Origin: Vibrio vulnificus CMCP6
GTDB lineage: Bacteria > Pseudomonadota > Gammaproteobacteria > Enterobacterales > Vibrionaceae
Length of the DNA stretch: 32,000 bases
Assembly: GCF_000039765.1 (NCBI RefSeq)
Contig: NC_004460.2
Span: forward strand, 180,001-212,000
Direction: 5' to 3'
This document shows, one piece after another, positions 18,836-25,835 of this stretch (its first letter is position 1; each line of letters begins with the position of its first letter). The position numbers were made by a program, and so were the translations under genes. The notes beneath the pieces are model-generated. The model was given only the letters and a program-made list of their open reading frames with translations, had not been told where the DNA came from and made no database searches.

Positions 18836-19600
18836 ATGCAGGAGCAAGACAGAGGGCTCGATAAACGGGGCTTTATTCTCAATGCCTATTCGCCAACACA
18901 CATCCAGCCTGAATTCAAAACGGTTGTCGATGCGGTGGTGGCAGAATTGTTGTCTCAGATTCCTGATCAAATTGATGGCATCTATATTTATGGCAGTGTC
19001 GCGAGAGGGAATGCCGTAGCGGGACACTCCGATCTCGATATTTCCATCGTGCTTAAAACACCCATTAGTCATGCTCAACGTGCGATCTTCCAAACGATTT
19101 CGGCGGCCATTGCCAAAACGTATTCGCAAGTGAGTAAACTCGATATCGATCCTGGATACCTAAATGACATCCTCACGCCACAAGAAAAGTACCACTGGCA
19201 ATTTTGGTTAAAGCATTGCTGTTGCTGCATTTGGGGGAACGATTTGTCGGTTCAGTTTCCACCCTACAAACCCAGCCTCGAGATTGCGCTCGCGTTAAAT
19301 GGCGACTTACCGCATTTTTTACAACAAATGGCCCCAAGTTTTGCGGATATGAGCGAAGCAAACATCGCAAAAGTGCTCGGTAAGAAATTGGTGCGTGCCG
19401 CGTATTACTTCGTGGCGGAGAACGACGGAAGCTGGTACACCGACTTATCGCTGTGCATACGAGTGGCGAAAGAACATTATCCAAATCAAAGTGACGATCT
19501 AGAGTTGGCCTATCAATTCGCGCTGGGGAATCTGACTTCAAAAAGTGACGCATTCGCGCTCTATCGTCGTCTTAGCCAAGCCATTATGCCTTGCCAATAA
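18836..19600 (+). CDS. Pol-beta-superfamily nucleotidyltransferase, aminoglycoside adenylyltransferase (ANT(3'')/AadA)-like layout
   Basis: 254 aa. IYIYGSVARGNAVAGHSDLDISIVL matches the G-S...D-x-D NTase core and, from memory, aligns with AadA's LYGSAVDGGLKPHSDIDLLVTV. The helical C-terminal half is of similar length to AadA. Confidence 0.65.
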   Translation: MQEQDRGLDKRGFILNAYSPTHIQPEFKTVVDAVVAELLSQIPDQIDGIYIYGSVARGNAVAGHSDLDISIVLKTPISHAQRAIFQTISAAIAKTYSQVSKLDIDPGYLNDILTPQEKYHWQFWLKHCCCCIWGNDLSVQFPPYKPSLEIALALNGDLPHFLQQMAPSFADMSEANIAKVLGKKLVRAAYYFVAENDGSWYTDLSLCIRVAKEHYPNQSDDLELAYQFALGNLTSKSDAFALYRRLSQAIMPCQ

Positions 19601-19603
19601 AAC

Positions 19604-19629
19604 AAAAAGCCCACGAGCTACCGCGGGCT
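19604..19629 (-). terminator. Rho-independent terminator of the ABC exporter gene
   Basis: AGCCCACG-AGCTAC-CGCGGGCT (8-bp stem, 1 mismatch). On the minus strand it is followed by a T5 run. It lies between convergent genes. Confidence 0.6.
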
Positions 19630-19652
19630 AAACAATGTGTTTTAATACGATT

Positions 19653-21413
19653 TTAATTCAGATGCTTAAACTGCAATGCGACCAAGCGCTGGTATAGCTC
19701 ACAGCTTTGCATCAAGGCGTGATGATTACCGATATCGACCAACTCGCCATTGTCCAGCACGGCGATTTTATCGGCGTGTTGAATGGTGGAAAGGCGATGC
19801 GCGATGATCAACGTTGTGCGGCCTTTCATTAACGCTTCAAGTGCTTGCTGAACGTGGTGTTCACTCTCGCTGTCCAGTGCGCTGGTGGCTTCATCCAACA
19901 AAAGAATTTTGGGATCTTTCAAAATCGCGCGAGCAATGGCAATGCGCTGTTTTTGCCCGCCAGAGAGCCTGACCCCGCGCTCACCCAAAAAGCTGTGATA
20001 ACCTTCTGGCAGCTTTTCAATAAATTCGTGCGCGTGCGCTTTTTTCGCCGCCTCAATCACTTGCTCGTCAGTCGCGTCTGGGTTGCCGTAGCGAATGTTA
20101 TGGAACACATCGTGGCTAAATAACGCTGGTTGCTGCGGCACGAGCGCCATTTGTTGGCGCAGCTCGTTAGGATCAAACTGGCGAATATCGATACCACCCA
20201 ACAGCACATGCCCTTGTTGCGGGTCGTAAAAGCGTTGCAGTAGTTCAAACAACGTGGTTTTTCCCGCGCCCGATGGGCCGACCAAGGCCAACACTTTGCC
20301 TTGTTCCGCGGTGAGATTTAAGCCTTTGATCGCAGGCTGATTGGGGCGAGATGGGTAGTTGAAGTTCACCGAATCGAAGCTTACTTCGGCAGGGATGTCT
20401 GCGGGGATGGATTGCTGATGGCTAGGCGCTTTAATGTCGCTTTCCACTTGCAGAATTTCAATCAGTCTTTCGGTTGCGCCCGCCGCTCTTTGCAGCTCGC
20501 CCAGCACTTCAGAAATGGTGGCGGTGGAAGAGGCGACCATAATGGCATAAAAGACAAAAGCGCCGAGATCGCCTGCCGACATCTTTCCGTGGATCACATC
20601 ACTACCACCAACCCAAAGCATGCCTGCAATGGCACCAAAGACAATTACGATCACGCCAGAGATTAAAATCGCCCGCTGTTTTACACGCTGTCTGCCGATT
20701 TCGTACGCCTTTTCAACTTCAACCGCGAAGGCGGCTTTTTCATGTTGCTCAGAACTAAAGCTTTGCACGGTTTTAATGTGTTCTATTGCTTCTCCGGCGT
20801 AGCTGCCCACATCGGCCATTGAATCTTGGCTTTGGCGAGAGAGGGCACGCACGCGTCGGCCATAAACCAAAATTGGCACCAACACAAATGGCACGGAAGC
20901 CAGCACAATCAGCGTGAGTTTAAAGTTGGTGGCAAACAACATGATGATCGCCCCGACGCACATTAGCGCGCTACGCATCGCCATGGAAAACGACGAGCCA
21001 ATAATGCTTTGCAGCAAGGTGGTGTCTGTGGTGAGCCGCGACATAATATCGCCGCTGCTGTTGGTCTCGAAGTAGCTCGGGTGCAAGGTTATCACATGGT
21101 TAAACACCGCAAGGCGAATGTCGGCGCTGACACGCTCCCCAACCGATGAGACCAAATAAAAGCGAAAGAAGGTGCCAATCGCAATGCACAGAGTCACGCC
21201 AACAATAAACTGAATCGCATTGGTGAGCTCATGCAACGATTGCTGGGCAAACCCTTGGTCGATAAGCATACGTACCCCATACCCAACAGAAAGGGTAAGG
21301 CTCGCCGTGGCCACAAGCGCCACCAAAGCGGCAGCAACCCGCCATCTATAAGGTGAAACAAAGGTACTGAGTTTAAGAAGAATACCGAGGTTTTTATTGT
21401 TTTTGCTGCTCAT
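19653..21413 (-). CDS. ABC transporter, fused permease/ATPase (type I exporter, MsbA/ABCB-like)
   Basis: 586 aa. A six-TM N-terminal half is followed by Walker A GPSGAGKTT, signature LSGGQKQR and Walker B ILLLDEATSALD. Confidence 0.9.
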   Translation of the reverse strand: MSSKNNKNLGILLKLSTFVSPYRWRVAAALVALVATASLTLSVGYGVRMLIDQGFAQQSLHELTNAIQFIVGVTLCIAIGTFFRFYLVSSVGERVSADIRLAVFNHVITLHPSYFETNSSGDIMSRLTTDTTLLQSIIGSSFSMAMRSALMCVGAIIMLFATNFKLTLIVLASVPFVLVPILVYGRRVRALSRQSQDSMADVGSYAGEAIEHIKTVQSFSSEQHEKAAFAVEVEKAYEIGRQRVKQRAILISGVIVIVFGAIAGMLWVGGSDVIHGKMSAGDLGAFVFYAIMVASSTATISEVLGELQRAAGATERLIEILQVESDIKAPSHQQSIPADIPAEVSFDSVNFNYPSRPNQPAIKGLNLTAEQGKVLALVGPSGAGKTTLFELLQRFYDPQQGHVLLGGIDIRQFDPNELRQQMALVPQQPALFSHDVFHNIRYGNPDATDEQVIEAAKKAHAHEFIEKLPEGYHSFLGERGVRLSGGQKQRIAIARAILKDPKILLLDEATSALDSESEHHVQQALEALMKGRTTLIIAHRLSTIQHADKIAVLDNGELVDIGNHHALMQSCELYQRLVALQFKHLN

Positions 21414-21745
21414 GAATGACTCACAAAGCTATTGGGTACTTGGCATAGTAAGCGAGTTTGGGAAGATAGGCTAGGGAGGGGCGCTTAGTCTGGCGAATTC
21501 GTACTCGGCTTTAAATCGAAGCTGCATTAAGTATCTCTGAGAGTACCGATTCGTGAAATAGGTCATTCTTTTTAATTATTAAAGGTGAGTTAAAATGAAC
21601 TGCATTGAAATTAAATTAAAAACAGCTAGTTAGATTCAATGTTTGTATCGCATCATGCCGTTTTTTTTCATAGCTTCATGCCGTATCTATTCCTTGAATG
21701 TGCACGGTCAGCTATACTGCGGTTATTGTACGTAAGGAGGTTCAA

Positions 21746-22150
21746 ATGACAGCAGTAGACCGCATTTATCAAAAGATAAAGCGTTCAAGACGTTATGTAT
21801 TTGAACGCAAAGACTTTGACGGATTTGCAAGTTACGACCAAATAGGTCGGGCATTGAGGCAGCTTGTACAGCAAGGGGAGCTAATGAAGCTTGGCTATGG
21901 TTTGTATACCAAAGCAAGAATCAATAGCCTCACTGGTAAGCCTATGCCTACCAATCCAGGTGGTACCGATGCTCTTGTGCGTGAAATTCTTAAAATGAAA
22001 GGCGTTGATTTTGAAATGGATAGTCTATCGCAACAAAGTCTTTCAGGTGCGAGTACCCAAATTCCATCCTCTGTTCACTATTCATGGAACCCAAAACAGT
22101 TTAATCGCAAACTGGTGGTTGGTAGCCGTGTGCTGAACTTGCCAAGTTAG
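21746..22150 (+). CDS. AbiEi-like (type IV TA antitoxin / wHTH, DUF6088-like) protein
   Basis: The ATG at 21746 has a strong AAGGAGG RBS (track ORF 21698..22150). The N-terminus IYQKIKRSRRYVFERKDF...IGRALRQLVQQGELMKLGYGLY resembles AbiEi antitoxin wHTH domains. Its stop is 1 nt from the start of the AbiEii-like ORF. Confidence 0.65.
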   Translation: MTAVDRIYQKIKRSRRYVFERKDFDGFASYDQIGRALRQLVQQGELMKLGYGLYTKARINSLTGKPMPTNPGGTDALVREILKMKGVDFEMDSLSQQSLSGASTQIPSSVHYSWNPKQFNRKLVVGSRVLNLPS

Positions 22151-22151
22151 T

Positions 22152-22550
22152 ATGAACGCACTAAAACAACAATTTCTTGAGGTTTCCGACGCGCTTGAGC
22201 TCGGAAATCCTGCCATCATTGAAAAAGATTTCTGGGTCGTCGCCTTACTTGCCGAGCTAGCAAAAGTTTCTCCTGAATATCATCAAATGGTCTTTTCCGG
22301 CGGCACGGCGTTGGCGAAATCAAACGTTAAAATTCTAAGAATGTCGGAAGATGTGGATATAAAACTCATCCCCAACCAAGCGTTTGATGAACTGAGTCGA
22401 GCAAAAAAGAAAGGCGTTAGAAAGGCATGGGTTAACGAGATTGAACAGGCGATCATTCATTCAGAACGATTTACCGTTGAAACGCGATCTGTGCGAGATG
22501 AGTACCGTTACGTTGAGTTTGAACTCAGATATCCGCAACAGTTTAGTTAA
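22152..22550 (+). pseudogene. AbiEii/AbiGii-family nucleotidyltransferase toxin, truncated
   Basis: FSGGTALAKS...RMSEDVDIKL is the family's NTase motif region. The ORF ends after 132 aa at an in-frame TAA, whereas family members are roughly twice that length by my recollection. The same frame continues past the TAA as APCLRPIIKLELIETIPLL, then stops again at a TGA. Confidence 0.6.
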
Positions 22551-22752
22551 GCGCCCTGTCTTCGGCCCATTATTAAGTTAGAGTTAATCGAAACTATTCC
22601 ATTACTCAATACTAGTGCATGGTCTTCTCAACGCACCTCAACTACATGATTGGCTCGTTGACCGCCACAATGATGCAGTAACTCGCAGAATTTTTATTGC
22701 GGCTTTGATGCCGCAATAAGCTCTACTTGTACTAACTTAAATCATTTCACTG

Positions 22753-22962
22753 TTACGCATATGAAATCGTTCTTGAAAACGGTGGATATTTTTCAGTAGC
22801 GTCTTTGATTGTAAATGTCCGAACCAAATTCCCTTCTAAGTCATACTCTTCGTATGTTTCGTAGTCGGTATCAAGTCTTCCTTTGTCCTTTGATTCAGAC
22901 TTTATGAGCCTGTACTCGTGGTCAGGATTTAGTCGAAGTTCCTTTATGTATTCATCATTCAT
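22753..22962 (-). CDS. Small acidic hypothetical protein (69 aa), apparently co-transcribed with the deaminase gene
   Basis: GAGGA RBS lies about 8 nt upstream of the ATG, and the ORF starts 57 nt downstream of the deaminase stop on the same strand. 16 D/E versus 11 K/R residues. No motif recognised. Confidence 0.5.
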   Translation of the reverse strand: MNDEYIKELRLNPDHEYRLIKSESKDKGRLDTDYETYEEYDLEGNLVRTFTIKDATEKYPPFSRTISYA

Positions 22963-23019
22963 TTTGCAGTCCTCGGATTTAAGAGATCTATGCCTAGTGA
23001 CACGTTAAATACTTGAATG

Positions 23020-24888
23020 TTATTTAGCAGGATCTTGTAATGTTTTCTGATGTGATTTTTGAACTGTACCTAATTGATTTTTAAGTTTCTCCAACTCTTT
23101 TTCTAGGGCTTTAGCCTTGTGTTCTAAGGAATTAGCCTTAAGTATCAGCTCTTTATTTTCTTCTACTAATATCTTTTTCTGGTTTGGGACATTTAGTTGC
23201 AGGCCTATTTCTAGTTCGTCTTTGTAAGGGATGATCGGCTCGAATAATTGCTGATAGGCTCTACCTATAGCCCCTGAGAAAAGCTTCAGTTTAGGCGTAT
23301 CGACACCACAATTAATTATGTGGTCATTTGCCACGCCAGGGTATGGATCTATGAAGATTACACTATCAATTTTCAACTGATACGCTTTTTTTGCGCAGAG
23401 TTCACATGGGCTAGCTGTAGTGTATAAATATCCATGTTTTACTGGCATCCCACCATACTTAGATACTTGAAGAAAAGCGTTCTCTTCGGCATGAAGAGCT
23501 CTTGTATGAACTTGGTTTTTTTCTCCATCGATAGAGTTTTTAATGTCTTTAAAGCAGTAGGACACTGGTTTTCCACGGAATGATTTGTTGATGGATTCGG
23601 TAAATGAATAAATGTTTCCGAGGCTTGTTCTGAACTTAGTGTTTTCTCGTTCAAAAAGGCTAAATGCAGACTCGTCTTCATTAGTCAATAAGTCTTCCGC
23701 TCTTCGTAAATTACATGGGGTTTGACCTTGAGCCACATTGTTCCAACCAACAGCTTTAATTGACTTGTCTGAATCTGTAACTACAGCGCCAACTTGGCGA
23801 GAAAGACAACCTGAGTTTAGTTTTGCATTGTAAGCAATCTGCATGCAGCGCTCATCTTGAGAAGGCGTAACTAGGCCTGGATGCATTATCAGAGATATAT
23901 ACTTAATGAGTTGCCGTTTGAGGGATTTCAACTTGTAGTTGTCATCTGGGTTGTAGAGATGGATGTCTGAAATTTCAATACACCTTTGGAGGTCTAGAGA
24001 CCAAAAACGATCTTCACCTTTCAATGAATCAGGGTTTTCTCTTGAATCAATGGCCTTAATATCTTCCTTGGAAATGCTTGATTCTGATAGTAACCTGTTG
24101 ATTCGCTTGTCATTTTCAGTGGTTACTGAAAGCAAATAGAACGCAGAGTATCTTTCTCTGAAAAAAAATGCTTCGTAAGGGTTTCGGATTGCATCCAAAA
24201 CTACACAGACATTTTCCCCGTCGCTCTTTGACTTATGTCTTAATACCTTGATCAGTTTGTTGACTCTTTGCGAGAACATATAGATTTTACTAGAGTCGTA
24301 ATCATCTGATTCGGCAGTGCCAGACTTTCTGATGTTATTGCCTACTATCTGATAAAACTTGGTAAATGAACCTGGTTGAATTCTATGAAGGATTTTTCTT
24401 AGTTTATCTGTAAATTCGGGTAACTCATTGAAGTAAAAATCATAAATATCTTTGTTATATAGGTTGTCCTTATACTTCTCAGCATGTTTTTTAGCACTGT
24501 CTCTTTTGTTGTAATACTCGGTGTAGCATTGTTCGAGCTTTACATCTAGAGATTTACTATTTGTTCCAAGCTCTTTATCTAGCGTTGCCTTATAAAGCTC
24601 GTCAAAATCTTTAAATGGTAACTCTAATAAAAAGGTCGATACGACGTCACTCATTCTAATGTGGTGGAACTTACACCAATGTTCAGATAGGTAGTTATAT
24701 ACAATTCTATATTTTCTTTCTTCGTCATTAGGAAACGCTGCTTGATGCGGCTTTGGCGGGTTGAGTTCGGAGAAAGTATTGTGTTTCAGTAACTTTGAAA
24801 GAGTTGTACACCCAGAACCAGTTCTTCCAGTAAGCCCTAGTATTATGAACTTGGCGCGCTCTTTGTAGATTGTCTCTAGACCAGTCAT
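23020..24888 (-). CDS. avcD: P-loop nucleotide-kinase-like + dCMP/cytidine deaminase fusion protein (AvcD/DcdV-like, defensive dCTP-deaminase architecture) with a C-terminal coiled coil
   Basis: 622 aa. N-terminal P-loop GLTGRTGSGCTT (aa 18-29). The deaminase domain has SRQVGAVV (aa 363-370), zinc motifs HAEENA (aa 466-471) and PCELC (aa 494-498). Heptad-like KALEKELEKLKNQL lies at aa 590-606. The gene is very AT-rich compared with flanking core genes. Confidence 0.85.
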   Translation of the reverse strand: MTGLETIYKERAKFIILGLTGRTGSGCTTLSKLLKHNTFSELNPPKPHQAAFPNDEERKYRIVYNYLSEHWCKFHHIRMSDVVSTFLLELPFKDFDELYKATLDKELGTNSKSLDVKLEQCYTEYYNKRDSAKKHAEKYKDNLYNKDIYDFYFNELPEFTDKLRKILHRIQPGSFTKFYQIVGNNIRKSGTAESDDYDSSKIYMFSQRVNKLIKVLRHKSKSDGENVCVVLDAIRNPYEAFFFRERYSAFYLLSVTTENDKRINRLLSESSISKEDIKAIDSRENPDSLKGEDRFWSLDLQRCIEISDIHLYNPDDNYKLKSLKRQLIKYISLIMHPGLVTPSQDERCMQIAYNAKLNSGCLSRQVGAVVTDSDKSIKAVGWNNVAQGQTPCNLRRAEDLLTNEDESAFSLFERENTKFRTSLGNIYSFTESINKSFRGKPVSYCFKDIKNSIDGEKNQVHTRALHAEENAFLQVSKYGGMPVKHGYLYTTASPCELCAKKAYQLKIDSVIFIDPYPGVANDHIINCGVDTPKLKLFSGAIGRAYQQLFEPIIPYKDELEIGLQLNVPNQKKILVEENKELILKANSLEHKAKALEKELEKLKNQLGTVQKSHQKTLQDPAK

Positions 24889-24969
24889 TGTTTTAATTAT
24901 CCTATCAGAATCAAACTTCTACACTTTTTCAATATCGGAAAGTGTATCGTATGCAATTAATTGTTTAAC

Positions 24970-24999
24970 ATTATACTGATTAGGGTCTTTACTCAACAA
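24970..24999 (-). promoter_or_regulatory. Putative sigma70 promoter of the deaminase gene
   Basis: On the minus strand, TATAAT lies at 24975-24970, with TTGAGT (24996-24991, 15-nt spacer) or TTGTTG (24999-24994, 18-nt spacer) upstream. This would give a 5' UTR of about 75-80 nt containing the 24920-24946 hairpin. Confidence 0.3.
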
Positions 25000-25195
25000 A
25001 TTGCACTGTATTGGTGATGCAAAGCACAGTGACCAATATATTTGAAGGTATTTTTAAAGAAGGTCGTGATGAGCTAAGTCTGGTGATTGGAAACACGATG
25101 TGTGAATAATTCAGAAAATAACCGATTGTGTAAGCTGTAAGCTAAAAAAGGGCGTCGCGTTTTCGAGTTAACCATCAGAGCTTACTAAACCACAC

Positions 25196-25222
25196 AAAGG
25201 CCAACCAATCGGTTCGCCTTTG
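25196..25222. repeat. Degenerate second copy of the gcvP terminator sequence
   Basis: AAAGGCCAACCAATCGGTTCGCCTTTG here versus AAAGGCGAACCCATCGGTTCGCCTTTG at 25788-25814 (25/27 identical, same orientation). Confidence 0.7.
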
Positions 25223-25247
25223 CTAGTAAGTACATTGTGTCACTAAG

Positions 25248-25433
25248 TTATGCTGCTATCTCATTTAGCTCGTAGTTACCTTCGTAGTTTTTCATTTCTT
25301 CGAGGACTTCATCAGCGGAAACAAAGAAGAACTCTTTCCTACCATTAACAAGGTTGACTCTTTGTTCGGCAAACTTTGTGTGCAAGAATCGTTCAAATGT
25401 TGGTGCATCCTCAGTATGGAACACATCAAGGGG
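25248..25433 (-). pseudogene. 3' fragment of a T5orf172/GIY-YIG-like (MUG113-type) gene, 5'-truncated
   Basis: My minus-strand translation gives PLDVFHTEDAPTFERFLHTKFAEQRVNLVNGRKEFFFVSADEVLEEMKNYEGNYELNEIAA*. It has no start codon and is bounded upstream by an in-frame TAA. The lE..lH..F...R....g..EfF pattern is typical of the C-terminal end of T5orf172 domains. Confidence 0.45.
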
Positions 25434-25729
25434 TTAAAGGCTTAGAGTTTGATCGTGTTATGGCAATTATGGACGATAACAGTGCAAATGGATTCCTGTT
25501 CCTCTATGAAAAACTATTTGGTGCTCAAGAGTTATCCCAGACGGATATACGAAATCAATCAGAAGGCAAAGACTCTGTTCTATCAAGAACTAGAAGGTTG
25601 TTTTATGTGATATGTAGTAGGGCAGAAAAGAGTTTAGCTATCGTTGCATATACCAAAGATCCCAAAGTTGTAAAGAGGAAGAGTTTAGAGTCTGGCTGGT
25701 TTACTCAAGATGAAATTGAAATGATGTAG
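25376..25729 (+). pseudogene. 3' fragment of a UvrD/PcrA-like superfamily-1 helicase (C-terminal domain only)
   Basis: The 117-aa track ORF starts at a TTG. THQGVKGLEFDRVM and RRLFYVICSRAEKSLAIV correspond to late SF1 helicase C-terminal motifs (T.H..KGLEFd.V ; r.LlYVa.TRA...L). No ATPase N-terminal domains are present anywhere upstream. Confidence 0.6.
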
Positions 25730-25785
25730 TGGGGTTCTATCTACTTGTAATTTGGTGACAGTGATTTCTAGGTGATAGTGACGTG

Positions 25786-25814
25786 AAAAAGGCGAACCCA
25801 TCGGTTCGCCTTTG
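25786..25814 (-). terminator. Rho-independent terminator of gcvP
   Basis: AAAGGCGAACC-CATC-GGTTCGCCTTT. On the minus strand it is followed by a T run, about 20 nt after the gcvP stop. Confidence 0.8.
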
Positions 25815-25835
25815 ATATTTCAGTTGCTACAAAAA

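Noticed and set aside
21595-21633. 12-codon mini-ORF MNCIEIKLKTAS with a good AAGGTGAG RBS at the left edge of the islet
   Set aside because: It is too short to support from sequence alone, and no attenuator structure is linked to it. It might be a leader peptide or the start of a deleted gene.
22696-22717. Hairpin ATTGCGGC-TTTGAT-GCCGCAAT as the terminator of the 69-aa/deaminase operon
   Set aside because: On the minus strand it is followed by an A-rich rather than T-rich tract, so it is not a canonical intrinsic terminator for that operon. It more likely belongs to the 3' end of the decayed AbiEii-like gene on the plus strand.
25017-25109. 30-codon ORF (MQSTVTNIFEGIFKEGRDELSLVIGNTMCE) in the deaminase upstream region
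   Set aside because: It has no convincing RBS and no recognisable family. It could be a gene remnant. It is left as part of the candidate RNA region rather than called as a CDS.
21480-25815. Integron cassette / VCR-type attC sites, CRISPR arrays, tRNA or integrase marking the islet
   Set aside because: No regularly spaced repeats, no attC-like imperfect palindromes of the VCR type, no tRNA-like sequence and no recombinase ORF were seen. The only bracketing repeat is the 27-bp terminator duplication reported above.
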